NCBI GenBank assembly: GCA_965263355.1
Contig: CBDHHL010000056.1
Location: 128,001-192,000 of the forward strand
Direction: 5' to 3'
From: Leptolyngbyaceae cyanobacterium
GTDB lineage: Bacteria; Cyanobacteriota; Cyanobacteriia; Phormidesmidales; Phormidesmidaceae
Length of the DNA stretch: 64,000 nt
Shown here: positions 19,904 to 33,214 of the stretch, piece after piece
How positions within the stretch are numbered: the first letter of the stretch is position 1
How the letters are laid out: each line of letters begins with the position of its first letter
Notes under the pieces: model-generated
Told to the model about the DNA's origin: nothing
Databases searched by the model: none
Seen by the model: the letters and a program-made list of their open reading frames with translations, nothing else
Position numbers and translations under genes: made by a program

Positions 19904-20818
19904 TTAGCCTAAGTCAATTCCAAATACCCAATCCTGATACTGCTGATCTCGACCTTCTGTAATTGCCGTCAGCTTATCTCGAATCTGATCAGTTACAGGC
20001 CGCACCGTCGGTAGTGTGTAGTTTTCCACCTGTCGGACAGGGGTGACCTTAGCCGCTGTACCACTAAGAAATACCTCATCAGCGATCAACAACTCTGACT
20101 TATCGACAGGGCGCTCTATGACATCAATGCCCAAGTCTTGAGCAACCCGTAGTACGCTATCACGGGTGATTCCCTCAAGAATATCTTGTTCAAAGCCTGG
20201 GGCGATCAGTTTACCATTACGAACAATAAAGATGTTCATGCCTGAGGCTTCACTTACTTTGCCCTGGGAGTTCATCAAAATAGCTTCGTCAAAGCCTGCC
20301 TCGACTGCTTCAGTTTTGGCTAGAGATGATGTGATATAAGCACCGCTGATTTTACCCCGCAGCGGCAGACTGCGATCCTCCTGGCGATACCAAGAACTCA
20401 CTCGGCAACTGACGCCTTCCGGTGAGAGATAGTCCCCTAGCTCTAGACCATAGACAAAAAAGTCTTTTGTCACATTGTGTAATCGTGGGGAAATTCCCAG
20501 GTCCGAAGTATAGACAAAGGGACGAATGTAAAAGGAGGTCTTGGGACTGTTCTTTTTAACAAAGTCTGTAATTACGTGCTGAATTTTGTCCGCCGGTAAA
20601 TCAAAATTCAATAGGTGAGCGCTTTTGCTCAGTCGCGCACAGTGACGATCTAACCGAAATAGCAAGGCCCGATTTTCATTCTGAGGATCGGGTATGCCTC
20701 GCAACCCACCAAAGGCACCCGTGCCATAGTGTAAGGCATGGGTAGCGATGGAAATTTTGGCATCTGCAAATGGACAAAACTGACCCTCAAAATAAGAAAT
20801 CGGCAGAAAGTTGTGCAT
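19904..20818 (-). CDS. ilvE: Branched-chain amino acid aminotransferase
   Basis: HALHYGTG, GKISGAY, EASGMNIF, LEGITR. Confidence 0.93.
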   Translation of the reverse strand: MHNFLPISYFEGQFCPFADAKISIATHALHYGTGAFGGLRGIPDPQNENRALLFRLDRHCARLSKSAHLLNFDLPADKIQHVITDFVKKNSPKTSFYIRPFVYTSDLGISPRLHNVTKDFFVYGLELGDYLSPEGVSCRVSSWYRQEDRSLPLRGKISGAYITSSLAKTEAVEAGFDEAILMNSQGKVSEASGMNIFIVRNGKLIAPGFEQDILEGITRDSVLRVAQDLGIDVIERPVDKSELLIADEVFLSGTAAKVTPVRQVENYTLPTVRPVTDQIRDKLTAITEGRDQQYQDWVFGIDLG

Positions 20819-20925
20819 TGGACCGGTGGCTTCAAGAAATCGTTCTCCCTAGGATAGAGGAGTTCTTGGTTAAACGGGAGATTGGTGGTGGGAATGTAGA
20901 GGTTCTTTAAGGTTTCCACGTAGAG

Positions 20926-21765
20926 TTAATTTTGCCCCTGCACCAGGGTAATGGCTGTAATTTCTGGATTACAAAACAATCGCCCTGGTGCATAGCTGCC
21001 TAAGCCTCGATTGACATAGAGTAAATTCTGCCCCACGCTGTGTAGGCCTAGGGCCCACTCCCAACGCTGGACCAAGTTGGCACACCGGTCGCTAATAAAA
21101 GGAAACCCACTTTTGCGGATGAATCTGGGTAGCTGCTGACGGAACTGAAACCAATGCTGGGCCATATTGCCAATGCCCGGCAGGATAATTTGGCCACCGT
21201 GGGTATGACCGGAAAGCTGCAGGTCAATGCGCCAGGGCATCATGACTTCAGCTGTATCGGGATTGTGGGATAGGACGATGCGCGGCAGAGAATTGGGTAA
21301 CTGGTCTAATATCTGCGGGGTAAAGTCTGGATGATAATAATCAGCGAGACCTACCAGGGCGAGGTCATGGCCCAATGGGTAGGCAATTTGGTTCCAGAGA
21401 ACGTTGATGCTGTTGTCAGTTAGGGCAGTGGTGACCTCCTGGTGGGCTGTGGGCCAGTAGTTATCGTGGTTGCCTAGAATGGCATAGGTGGGAAATGCTT
21501 TGGCGATGGGGCGAAGCTGAGCTGCTAGATGATAAATTGGTTCAGGGTCGCTAGTAATAAAATCCCCGGTAAACACCACCAGATTTGGGTTTAAGGTGAG
21601 TACGGTTGCGATCGCATCCGCCAATAGCTTGTCTGACAGCCGTTGCTTATCGTAGTGAAAATCTGATAGCTGTACGATAACGTTACCCTGGAGCCGTTGA
21701 GGTAAATTCTGAATGGGGATTTGTAACGACTCGACCGTAAGCGGACCGACAAATAATGGGCGCAT
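20926..21765 (-). CDS. Metallophosphoesterase
   Basis: SDFH, TGD, GNHD, SHNPD, GHTHGGQ. Confidence 0.9.
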   Translation of the reverse strand: MRPLFVGPLTVESLQIPIQNLPQRLQGNVIVQLSDFHYDKQRLSDKLLADAIATVLTLNPNLVVFTGDFITSDPEPIYHLAAQLRPIAKAFPTYAILGNHDNYWPTAHQEVTTALTDNSINVLWNQIAYPLGHDLALVGLADYYHPDFTPQILDQLPNSLPRIVLSHNPDTAEVMMPWRIDLQLSGHTHGGQIILPGIGNMAQHWFQFRQQLPRFIRKSGFPFISDRCANLVQRWEWALGLHSVGQNLLYVNRGLGSYAPGRLFCNPEITAITLVQGQN

Positions 21766-22129
21766 AGTTTGAGGAACTGGACCTATAGTCTCAGGAACAA
21801 AAGTTTTGTTACTTAACTTAACTCTAATGATGATGAGCCATCATAGTTACCTGACATCGTTAACCAGCTCATTTGCCAGTTAGCAGACTGGTCTAGGTGA
21901 GCCCACAGGTGCAGAGTTTACCGACAAAACTATAAAATCCACATGAATTTAATTTTGAGTTTTAAGGTTTAAATTTTGGGGCCAGTGGTTGGAAATATCG
22001 CAGAAAAATGACATCAAGATTACATTGATGCTTATCTGTATTATCTGTATTAGCAATGCTCCAGCTCAAACCTCAAAATTAAAAACTCACTAAAGGCGCT
22101 TCTAGACACCGTTTTACAAGGACGTTTCT

Positions 22130-24052
22130 ATGACTGTTGGCACACTTACGCCCCAAGAACAAAGCAATCTCGCCAAGGCAATTGACTATAGTCATGTCCA
22201 GTCGGTGGCTGACATTTGGCCCATCGTTGCTGAGCAATATCCTAACCAAATCGCCCTGGAAGATCCCCATGGGACACAGCTGACTTTGACCTACGGTGAA
22301 CTGGCGCAGCAGATCCAACAGTTTGCCGCTAGCCTTCAGACCTTAGGGATTCAACCCCAGGACAAAATTGCGCTATTCTCAGACAATCAGCCCCGCTGGT
22401 TAGTGGCAGACCAGGGTATCATGACCGCCGGTGCCGTCGATGCCGTGCGCGGGTCCCAAGCCGATCGCGATGAGCTGGCCTTTATCCTCGACAATAGCGA
22501 TGCCGTGGCGATGATTGTGCAGGATCAGGCCACCTTAACTAAACTGGCTGACTGCATTGGGGATAAAAATCTGCAGTTTATTGGGCTGCTGTCCGATGAA
22601 ATTCCCCAGCTGGAGACCCCGGTTAAGCTCCTAAACTTTAATCAGCTGATGGCATTGGGGGACGGTGTCGCGGTCAAATCGGTGGAACGCGATCGCACCA
22701 ACCTAGCCACCTTGATGTACACGTCTGGCACCTCCGGTAGACCCAAGGGGGTCATGCTAAGCCAGGGAAACCTGCTATCCCAAATCGCCGGAGCCTGCAG
22801 CGTTGTGCATCCAGGTCCCGGTGAAAAAGTCATGAGTATTTTGCCTATCTGGCACTGCTACGAGCGCACCTTTGAATACTTCACCCTTTCCCAGGGCGTC
22901 CATCAGATTTATACAACTATTCGCTACGTTAAAAAAGACCTCAAGGCCTACAAACCTAACTATATGGTGGGTGTTCCTCGGCTGTGGGAATCCATTTATG
23001 AAGGCGTTCAAAAACAGTTTCGTGAGCAGCCCAAAAGTAAGCAAAAACTGATCAACTTTTTCCTGCATCAAAGTGAGCGCTACATTGCCGCCAAACGCAT
23101 TGCCAATAACCTCAGTATTGACCAAACCCCCAACGCCTTTGACCGCATCATGGCCAGCACCCAGTGTGCCGTTCTATGGCCTTTTCATAAATTAGGCGAC
23201 ACCATTGTCTACAAAAAAGTCCGCGAAGCCACTGGCGGTGATATTAACTTTGTTGTCAGTGGCGGTGGTTCCATTGCCGACCACCTCGAAGACTTTTACG
23301 AAATCATTAGCGTTGATATCCTTGGCGGTTACGGCCTCACCGAAACCTCACCCATCACCCATGTGCGTCGCCCCTGGCAAAATCTGCGGGGAGCAGACGG
23401 CCAACCCCTCCCTGGCACTGAAACCCGCATCGTCGACCTTGATAATCGCCAGGACGTCCCCCAAGGTCAGCAAGGATTAGTTCTGATTCGTGGTCCCCAG
23501 GTGATGCAGGGTTACTACAAAAACCCTGACGCCACCACCAAAGCCATTGACCCTGACGGCTGGTTCGACACAGGTGACCTCGGTAAAATCACTGCCAATG
23601 GCGACCTAATTATTACCGGTCGTGCCAAAGACACCATTGTTCTTACCAACGGCGAAAACATTGAACCCCAACCCGTCGAAAATGCTTGTGCCCGCAGCAA
23701 ATATATCGACCAAATTATGCTTGTTGGTCAGGACCAGAAAGTCCTTGGAGCCTTGATCGTGCCTAATCTAGAAGCCCTTAATCAATGGGCCTCTGACCAG
23801 AGTATTACGATCAACGAAATCAATCCTGCCGAGGCCCTCAACGACCCCAAGGTCGAAACCTTGTTTAAGCAAGAACTCGCCCGCGAAGTCAAAGCCCGTC
23901 CCGGCTATCGCCCCGATGAACGCATTGGCCCCTTCACATTACTCAGCGAACCCTTTTCTGTTGAAAATGGTATGCTCACCCAAACTTTAAAGATCAAACG
24001 CCCCGTCGTCACCCGAAATTACCAGGCCGTGATTGATAGGTTATTTGAATAA
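22130..24052 (+). CDS. aas: Long-chain acyl-ACP/CoA synthetase
   Basis: YTSGTSGRPKG, GYGLTE, WFDTGD, GRAKDTIVL. Confidence 0.85.
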   Translation: MTVGTLTPQEQSNLAKAIDYSHVQSVADIWPIVAEQYPNQIALEDPHGTQLTLTYGELAQQIQQFAASLQTLGIQPQDKIALFSDNQPRWLVADQGIMTAGAVDAVRGSQADRDELAFILDNSDAVAMIVQDQATLTKLADCIGDKNLQFIGLLSDEIPQLETPVKLLNFNQLMALGDGVAVKSVERDRTNLATLMYTSGTSGRPKGVMLSQGNLLSQIAGACSVVHPGPGEKVMSILPIWHCYERTFEYFTLSQGVHQIYTTIRYVKKDLKAYKPNYMVGVPRLWESIYEGVQKQFREQPKSKQKLINFFLHQSERYIAAKRIANNLSIDQTPNAFDRIMASTQCAVLWPFHKLGDTIVYKKVREATGGDINFVVSGGGSIADHLEDFYEIISVDILGGYGLTETSPITHVRRPWQNLRGADGQPLPGTETRIVDLDNRQDVPQGQQGLVLIRGPQVMQGYYKNPDATTKAIDPDGWFDTGDLGKITANGDLIITGRAKDTIVLTNGENIEPQPVENACARSKYIDQIMLVGQDQKVLGALIVPNLEALNQWASDQSITINEINPAEALNDPKVETLFKQELAREVKARPGYRPDERIGPFTLLSEPFSVENGMLTQTLKIKRPVVTRNYQAVIDRLFE

Positions 24053-24111
24053 GAAAGATTCTGGCAAAGATGACTTAGTCTCTCCAGAGGCATCCACAAT
24101 CCCTGCTCATA

Positions 24112-25020
24112 CTATTCATCGACCAATGCTCTTTTCTGAGCGAATAGAGTTGCAAAGATAGCTTCAAAAGGTTTGCCGTTACTGTCTTTTCGGTGGAATG
24201 TTCCCAATTCTTCTCGATACTCACAGATCTGCCAATGGGCATAATAGCGGCGTAACTCCTGAGGAGCGAAGGTAAACGAAAAGTCAATAGAGCAAGGGAA
24301 CTCGGCTGAGGAGACAGGGGCAATAATAAAATGGTAGCCGTATTGATTGGTGTGGGCTTGCATATCCTCAATCACAGGAGCCAATGTGCTGCGTCTTAAA
24401 AACTGAAAAACAACTGTAGAGACAATGAGATCATAGTGATCCTCAAGGGTCGCTGATTCAATGTCATATTCCCGTGCTTTAAATCGATCTCCCGCATTTT
24501 CCATTTCAATAACCGTCTGTAAGCGATTAATCGAGTCAACGTTTTTATCCAATGCTGTAACCAGGTGTCCCTGATCATATAGGTAGATTGCGTTGCGACC
24601 TTTTCCACAGCCTAAATCCAAGATGCTCATGTTGGTTTGGTCTGCTAACGGTCCTTGAATTAAGGCTTGGATATCCCGATGGGGAGCTGCGAACTGATAT
24701 TTCTTTTGCAAATAGTTCTCCATGCGACAGTAAAACTCAACAAAACAGCGTAATGTTCCCAATGGCTTAACCCGATGCCAAACCCCCGGTGATACAAAAA
24801 AATCTGTGTGCTGCGGTGTAATAATCTCTGTAGATGAAACTTCTCCAGTTTCACTCAACACATCGTATTGCAATCGCCCCGCTTCTACCGTAATTTTTGC
24901 CCAAGTCCCTTGTTTCGTGTTGTGCCGAGTTTGAAATGACTCTGGTAGAGTTGTTTCTGTCCATGTGGGCAAGGTTTTATATTTGACCAGTAAGTCTGAA
25001 GTTGCCATAGATTCTGTCAT
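24112..25020 (-). CDS. tehB: Tellurite-resistance methyltransferase TehB with N-terminal cupin-like domain
   Basis: HNTKQGTWAKI..WHRV; LDLGCGKGRN. Confidence 0.8.
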   Translation of the reverse strand: MTESMATSDLLVKYKTLPTWTETTLPESFQTRHNTKQGTWAKITVEAGRLQYDVLSETGEVSSTEIITPQHTDFFVSPGVWHRVKPLGTLRCFVEFYCRMENYLQKKYQFAAPHRDIQALIQGPLADQTNMSILDLGCGKGRNAIYLYDQGHLVTALDKNVDSINRLQTVIEMENAGDRFKAREYDIESATLEDHYDLIVSTVVFQFLRRSTLAPVIEDMQAHTNQYGYHFIIAPVSSAEFPCSIDFSFTFAPQELRRYYAHWQICEYREELGTFHRKDSNGKPFEAIFATLFAQKRALVDE

Positions 25021-25357
25021 AACGATTACCCTGAACAGATAATTAACTATCTAGCCTCATAATAGAGCGATCATGCCGCCTCGTAGGCTGGGCTGGGCAA
25101 CAAAATTCGGCAGTTACAAGTATTTGTAAGCTTGACAACTCAAGATGAACAATTTGAATATTTCAGGCATTGGGCTAACTCTATCGACCAGTGCAATGGC
25201 AAATGGGAATGCAACTACGAACATTAACATACCCCTTGGATTTCGGTAATTAAGACGATAACCATTCATTGTGACGGTGTGATTCTTGCATCAGTCGCAG
25301 ATGATTTGCTTTATGCCCCTGGCAGAGATAATGTCAAGGGGATTTATTCCTACTGAA

Positions 25358-26059
25358 TCATCCATTACTCTCATCAGAGATGTATGCCTTAAAGTAGTCA
25401 TTATTCAAATCATTTGCTCCTGGTATTTCCAAGAAGTTTGTCCAGTACTTAAAAAACTCAAAGGTCACTAAATTCCGGGTTACTTCATATGCAGCCGCGA
25501 TCTGTGCCTGTAAGCTATCAAATGAAGTTGCTGTTTTTCTAGAAGAATCAGCAAAAGATTCTATATTTGCCCACATATCAATTCCGGCATTATCACAAGC
25601 CTTTTTCATGGCTTTCATGTAGGCTGTCACCACATCAAGGGGAACGCCTTTTGCCCCAACTCCATCTTGTAGCATTAATACAGTCAGGGATGTTTCTCCC
25701 AAAAAACTGCTATAAACCTTGTCAGTGATTTCTGATTCTTCTGATGTAAATTTATTAATGAACGGAGAGGTTGATACTTGCAGCCTATCGTTCTTCGCGC
25801 TGCAATATCTACTCACCTCAATTAAATAATTTTTCAAATAGCCAAGTTCGCCATTATTTCCTGGTGTCCACCCTTCAAGTGAAAGATAAAAGCCATCAAA
25901 CGAATCTTTCTCTCCCCATTCAGTCCAAATTAGATCGGCAGAACACTTGCTTCGCTTAATAATATCTTTTATTCGGCCCTCGTCTTGAAGACATACTTCA
26001 TCTCCAGAACAATCTTCCAGGAGGGCGAGGCCTATCCAAACTTTCATCGCCCAGGTCAA
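25358..26059 (-). pseudogene. DUF4434-like glycoside-hydrolase-fold protein, N-terminus missing
   Basis: MKVWIGL, GFYLSLE, LQDGVG, WANIESF motifs; begins mid-domain. Confidence 0.5.
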
Positions 26060-26489
26060 AACCTCAGATAAATAGAAAACAAAGAAAATGACTATTTTGT
26101 GAGTCTCCTCACCGTCTGTTGATCTGCATCACTTCACGTTAATTCTGTTTTATGTATCCAACCCAAAATCAATCGTTTTATATCACTTAAAGTATGTTTC
26201 GTTCCTTAAACAACTAAACAATAAAAATAATAGAATTAACTGAAGCCGAAAAGTCTTAACTAGATTAGGAATCAACACTCAGAGAGCAAAGTTCAGGACA
26301 TTCTTAATTCCAGAGTCCTGACCACTATCCTTGGGAAAACTTCCTGATTCAAGTCGGCAATCAAAAGAATTAAACCAATCGATTATTGACATCGATCACA
26401 CAAGGCAGAGGATAAATGGTTTTTACTGAATTGAGATGGTAAAAATTATACATTATGCTCACATTATTCGATTCTCTCATCTCTAACTC

Positions 26490-26585
26490 TTAAATCTCGT
26501 CCATGTCCAGAATTAGAGTTTTTCCGTAGAGGGAACTGCAGGTTTTCACTAAACCATAGTTTCACTGAACCATAGTTTGCTTTAG
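26490..26585 (+). repeat. ~74-bp MITE-like family, copy 1 (right end degenerate, 16-bp tandem duplication)
   Basis: TTAAATCTCGTCCATGTCCAG...CCGTAGAGGGAACT..GGTTTT similar to the 30534 copy. Confidence 0.55.
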
Positions 26586-26800
26586 TCAGTCACGAACTTT
26601 TTGCAGAAATCACTTGACTTAAAACCGATAATGTTATCAACTTTGTTATACTTCTCTACTCCCTTTAAGACGGGAATTACCATAACTATAATCTATCTTA
26701 TTTATAATAAAATAACACCGATTTTAAGGTTCTTGTTTTAAATCCTTATGGAATCTTCTTTTTTAATTTGTAGTAAATTCAAACAGTAAGGAACACGATA

Positions 26801-27718
26801 ATGATGAGCAAAGCTGAACAACTTCCAGTTGGGTTTGTGTTTACACTACAGCGTCTAGTCCACATATTTATTTCACAGCAATGGAAACAACTGGAATCTC
26901 GTGTCAGTTCGATTATCGTAGGACTTGCAGTTGCTTATATTTTATTAGAACTTATTCCTGCTGTTAATTATGAATATACGGCGTTTGGAAAACAGCTTTA
27001 TTGGCTATTGTTGCTAATATTGAGCCTGTATCCAGGACTTAAACAAGTTCTTCCATATCATTTCTCCTATGGCTTTCTATATCAACGTATCAGCAACCAG
27101 AATGCTCACCTGAAGAAAACGAATCAACAGCTTTGCCAAATTCTCCAAGAGCAAGAAATAACGAAGCAGGCGCTCGAAAAAGAGAATCAAACGTTATACA
27201 GGCTAGCAACTATTGATGAGTTAACCCAAATCCAGAACCGTCGTTTCTTTGAGCAACAGATCCAGCATGAGTGGCAACAGCTTCAGCGAGAAGGACGTCC
27301 GATTTCTTTAATTCTATTCGATGTGGATTACTTTAAACGCTACAACGATCACTACGGACATCTTGCTGGAGATAATTGCCTGCAGAAAATTGCCCGAGCC
27401 GCCAAAAAGAGTCTTCAGAACACAACTGATTTTGTAGCTCGATATGGTGGAGAAGAATTTGCTGTAGTTTTGCTAGATACTGATGAGCAAGAGACGGTTA
27501 AAATCGCACAAACTATTCAACAGGCTGTGCAAACTTTGGCTATCCCCCACGCCCAATCCGACATCAGTCCTATTGTCTCCATTAGCCTTGGCATCACCAG
27601 TCTCCTGCCTACACCAAAGGACTCATACAAGACGTTAATAAACCTGGCTGATCAAGCTCTATATAAAGCCAAACGCCAGGGTCGCGATCGCTATGTAGTC
27701 AGCAGCTGTAATAGATAA
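26801..27718 (+). CDS. Diguanylate cyclase (TM + coiled coil + GGDEF)
   Basis: DELTQIQNRR, GGEEF. Confidence 0.9.
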   Translation: MMSKAEQLPVGFVFTLQRLVHIFISQQWKQLESRVSSIIVGLAVAYILLELIPAVNYEYTAFGKQLYWLLLLILSLYPGLKQVLPYHFSYGFLYQRISNQNAHLKKTNQQLCQILQEQEITKQALEKENQTLYRLATIDELTQIQNRRFFEQQIQHEWQQLQREGRPISLILFDVDYFKRYNDHYGHLAGDNCLQKIARAAKKSLQNTTDFVARYGGEEFAVVLLDTDEQETVKIAQTIQQAVQTLAIPHAQSDISPIVSISLGITSLLPTPKDSYKTLINLADQALYKAKRQGRDRYVVSSCNR

Positions 27719-28048
27719 ATCAATTACGCGTACTCTCAGGTAAGAGCACGCCTTTGTGGATACCCTGTTATGGCCAAGCCAACAAAATCCATCGCGTCAA
27801 TGATGTTAAAGACCTTGCATGATCACAGAGGTTCAGCCATTCAGCCGTCTAAGAACTTGTGAAAATTAAGCTCATGGCTTTAGCTGAAATAAGCCGTAAT
27901 TTTGAATATAAATGCCTTATCCTTAATAACCCCCGTGAATTATCAGAAGATTAGCAAAGGTAACGCTATGACATTGTCGAAGCTGTTCACTATATCTATG
28001 ATCAATAGGCTAGTTCTTTTACTATCAAAATAGTTTCATATCGATGCC

Positions 28049-29065
28049 ATGGTGAGGCCGTCCGTTCCATCTAACCCGGATGCGTTCAAACTCATAAAAG
28101 CCTTGGAGCTTTTTGCGCAGACATTTGGTAGCTCTCAATCTCAGTTAGAGCTACAGGCTGCTATTGGAGCCCTGGCGGTAGTAATGGACCTGAATGATGG
28201 CAATTTAAATGTTTTGGTTCATCAGGTAACTAGCTATTATCAACAAACTCAGCTTCACGATAAATCAGTTGAAGCAGCAAACGACCAGATATCTACGGCA
28301 ATTATTCAAACAGCCAAGGAACGTCTGACAGACACAGAAGAAACCCTAATCTTATTAATTCGTACCTATTTACAACGGGTGTCGGCCAAACTGTCGGCCA
28401 TAGAATTTATTGAATTGACAAAAGCTGCGATCGCACTCCTAGATCACAGTTCACCTGATCCCAAGCAGCCTGCACCACAACTGAGCCTACCTGAACGCAA
28501 ACGCCTGTTATATATAGCGGTTCAAACCTTTAGCAATCAGTTATCCCAACCCATTCCTGTCATTGGAGAAACAGTTCCCAAACCCATTGCCAGACTCCTT
28601 GCCAGACTGGTCCGACATCAAAAAATAATCCGTACCGACGGGGTGAAAGCGGTCTTTGCCAAACTAGTGGCTCAAACCTTGGCAGCTAAGGTCCCAGGAC
28701 TAAGCCTCAGCCTAATTCGCACCGCATTAAAAAATGACCACATAACCATCGCCCCTGACCTTGATACCCAGGATGGGTTAGACGACTTTGCCAGGGTCCT
28801 ATGGTTCGAAACGCAGCTCCAAATGCCATCCCCAAAAGGAATGAAGTCCGCAAAAGCTATTGCCGAACAAGTAAATCAAGCTATTGCTGACTTTAAGGCC
28901 AGGTATCAACCGCTAGCCGATGTGACTCAGCCTAGATGGGATAACGAATTATCCGTTAGCAGCCCATTTTTTACCCCCAGCAACCTAGAAATAACCAGCA
29001 ACGAATTTACCTGGCCACCGCAAAGTTACACCCCAAAAACTTTAAAAGACGAAACAAATTCGTAG
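28049..29065 (+). CDS. Hypothetical protein
   Basis: 338-aa ORF containing a HIP1 site; no recognised motif. Confidence 0.6.
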   Translation: MVRPSVPSNPDAFKLIKALELFAQTFGSSQSQLELQAAIGALAVVMDLNDGNLNVLVHQVTSYYQQTQLHDKSVEAANDQISTAIIQTAKERLTDTEETLILLIRTYLQRVSAKLSAIEFIELTKAAIALLDHSSPDPKQPAPQLSLPERKRLLYIAVQTFSNQLSQPIPVIGETVPKPIARLLARLVRHQKIIRTDGVKAVFAKLVAQTLAAKVPGLSLSLIRTALKNDHITIAPDLDTQDGLDDFARVLWFETQLQMPSPKGMKSAKAIAEQVNQAIADFKARYQPLADVTQPRWDNELSVSSPFFTPSNLEITSNEFTWPPQSYTPKTLKDETNS

Positions 29066-29296
29066 CATTCTGTTTTATTTACATTCAAATAAAACATTCT
29101 TAACAATATTCTGAGCCAGGGCTTTTCGTTTTGTCTGGTCATAGTGAGGTTGGCCATGATTAATTCCAGGTGTAAATAAGATGGCCCCTTACAAAAAAAT
29201 GGAGTCCCCTTGTAGGAGTTGTGCATTATGCAAGAACTGTGCCTGATGCCAGCCCAGGGGCTTTGAGATTAATAGTTTCCTTATTGGTACAAATTT

Positions 29297-29324
29297 TAGG
29301 GGCACCCACAAGGGGAGCCCCTAC
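29297..29324. repeat. REP-like palindrome related to those at 34.6 and 51.3 kb
   Basis: TAGGGGCACCCACAAGGGGAGCCCCTAC. Confidence 0.5.
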
Positions 29325-29673
29325 GGGATAACGCAAACTAGGCAAAGGTTTAATTACCTCTTATATGGCTACGCCATTTAAATCACCGGACTAAAAACGG
29401 AAATCCTTTCTAGACAAGAGATATAGCCAATAGAAATAATTTGTCTTTTGATCTACTTTTTATATAAGTGGTTATCAAAATTCCTATTTAGGCTCTGATA
29501 TAGCCTAATCAAGGATTAGGAAAAACCAGGGCTATTTACGGGCTTTAGGATGTGCTAGGAAGCTTTTTACATAGTCATACATTTTTTGCCCCTCTATTCA
29601 ATCACCAACTTATTGACCACAATGACCTCCAGATAGGGTCCAAGCGACCACTCACCAAAAGGAGACAACGAGC

Positions 29674-30537
29674 GTGAAACTCTCGGTCTACGGCAAAGGC
29701 GGCATTGGCAAATCCACCACCAGCTGCAATATATCGGTCGCATTGGCTAAACGCGGCAAAAAAGTCCTGCAAATCGGCTGTGACCCCAAACACGACAGCA
29801 CATTTACCCTCACGGGCTTTTTAATTCCCACGATTATTGACACCCTGCAAGAACGGGACTATCACTACGAAGATATCTGGCCCGAAGATGTGATCTATCA
29901 AGGCTATGGCGGTGTTAGCTGTGTAGAGGCCGGAGGTCCCCCGGCGGGTGCAGGCTGCGGCGGCTATGTGGTCGGTGAAACTGTTAAGCTGCTCAAGGAG
30001 CTAAACGCCTTTGATGAGTATGATGTCATCCTATTTGACGTCCTAGGTGATGTGGTCTGTGGCGGATTTGCGGCCCCCCTTAACTATTCTGACTATTGCA
30101 TGATCGTCACTGATAATGGCTTTGATGCGCTGTTTGCGGCTAATCGCATTGCGGCATCAGTGCGCGAAAAAGCTCGGACTCACCCACTGAAGCTGGCCGG
30201 TTTAATCGGCAACCGCACGTCTAAGCGAGACCTGATTGATAAGTACATCGAAGCCGTACCTATGCCCGTGCTCGAAATTTTGCCCTTGATCGAAGATATT
30301 CGTGTCTCACGGGTAAAAGGTAAAACTATGTTTGAGATGGCTGAAACGGATCCTTCGTTAGAGCCCGTATGTCAGTACTATCTAAACATTGCCGATCAGC
30401 TCATTGCTCAGCCCGAGGGTGTGGTACCTAATGATGCAGCTGACCGTGAGCTGTTTGCACTGCTTTCGGACTTCTACCTCAACCCACCGGAAGATGCGCC
30501 TGCTCAGCAAAATGAAATGGATCTGATGCTGGTTTAA
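29674..30537 (+). CDS. chlL: Dark-operative protochlorophyllide reductase Fe protein
   Basis: [31 protein letters not shown]. Confidence 0.97.
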   Translation: MKLSVYGKGGIGKSTTSCNISVALAKRGKKVLQIGCDPKHDSTFTLTGFLIPTIIDTLQERDYHYEDIWPEDVIYQGYGGVSCVEAGGPPAGAGCGGYVVGETVKLLKELNAFDEYDVILFDVLGDVVCGGFAAPLNYSDYCMIVTDNGFDALFAANRIAASVREKARTHPLKLAGLIGNRTSKRDLIDKYIEAVPMPVLEILPLIEDIRVSRVKGKTMFEMAETDPSLEPVCQYYLNIADQLIAQPEGVVPNDAADRELFALLSDFYLNPPEDAPAQQNEMDLMLV

Positions 30538-30608
30538 ATCTTGTCCACGTCCAGAACTGTAATTTTGCCGTAGAGGAAACTCTGGGTTTCAACTTGGACG
30601 TGGATTAG
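30534..30608 (+). repeat. ~74-bp MITE-like family, copy 2 (overlaps chlL stop)
   Basis: TTAAATCTTGTCCA ... TGGACGTGGATTAG imperfect TIRs. Confidence 0.65.
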
Positions 30609-30741
30609 CTTACATTCTCCGGTTAATTCGATAGGTTGCTAATCGTTGTATTCGCTTTGAGTTTCTCAAAAGACTGGCCATTCTGACGCTGAGGTGCTAC
30701 ATTGCTGCGTGCTTAGTTAGTTTTAGAAACAGTCTCAAGAT

Positions 30742-31098
30742 ATGGCCTTTTTTGAGAATTTCACCACTGCCATCCGCGACAAGTGGTTGAACTATGTGCA
30801 AGATAATCGCGCCTGGTTAGAGCTGCAGATGAGTAACGTCTCCGTTAGAACGCCTGACGGTGGTCGGCGTCCGTCTTCGCTGTTGATTTTAGGCGTGATC
30901 AATGCCATAGAGCCAAAGCTATCAAACTTGATGGTGCCGTTCTACAAGCTCAACTCTGATGAAGATGCACTCGTCGAAGTACTGGGTCTAAATTTTGATC
31001 CTGAAATGGCCTTAGACGGCAAGGGTGACGTTGGCCCTACGCTAGATGCTTCTCCAGATGACGATACTCCACTGTTGGAAGGCTTAGACGGTCTCTAG
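30742..31098 (+). CDS. Conserved cyanobacterial protein between chlL and chlN (DUF5331-like)
   Basis: KWLNY..NR.W, GGRRPSS, LGLNFDP. Confidence 0.75.
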   Translation: MAFFENFTTAIRDKWLNYVQDNRAWLELQMSNVSVRTPDGGRRPSSLLILGVINAIEPKLSNLMVPFYKLNSDEDALVEVLGLNFDPEMALDGKGDVGPTLDASPDDDTPLLEGLDGL

Positions 31099-31181
31099 TC
31101 GATTCAGCAACCGATCGGATTATGGCTCAGCGAACAATTGCTGGAGAGGTTTTTATGCGCCTTTGTTATGTGCCTAATTAG

Positions 31182-32657
<1,476 letters not shown>

Positions 32658-32673
32658 GAAACAGCCCCCAAAA

Positions 32674-32712
32674 GCCATCAGATATTGCGCTTCAAGTACA
32701 ATATCTGACGGT
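32674..32712 (+). terminator. Intrinsic terminator-like hairpin after chlN
   Basis: GCCATCAGATATTG...CAATATCTGACGGT followed by a T-rich tract. Confidence 0.55.
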
Positions 32713-33214
32713 TTGTTATTTCTAAACTCTCTTTAGTACCAATTGAATTCAAAAATATTTGGCAGTAATTTATAACAACCTGTTGAAAGGTAAACTCACA
32801 GCTCTGGCTATGCAAGGCAACCCCGAATTGGAACCTTTGCAACAGTAATTAGTAAGACAGGCTTCGAGCTTGTTGAAAAAACTTGGGATAACTCAAAAGT
32901 TTACAAGGTAAGGATTGACTGGTTAGCCATTGGTGTTTGATAAAAGAAGCTAAATTTTGCGGAATCAATATAGATTAGTAAAATATAGCTACGAGACTTA
33001 ATCACTATAAGATCTTAACCTTGAATTGCGGGTTACAACTTCTATTGTGAAGAATGCAACCTTGTTAACCAGAAACACATCAGATTTTGGAAAAATTAAG
33101 GAGTTATCGATAAATGACTGGTCAAGCGTGTAGAAGATAATAGTCGGATTTAGCGGATGCCTAACATTAGCATGAAGTCTCCATAAGACATACGTCAACT
33201 CACTATCTTAAGTT

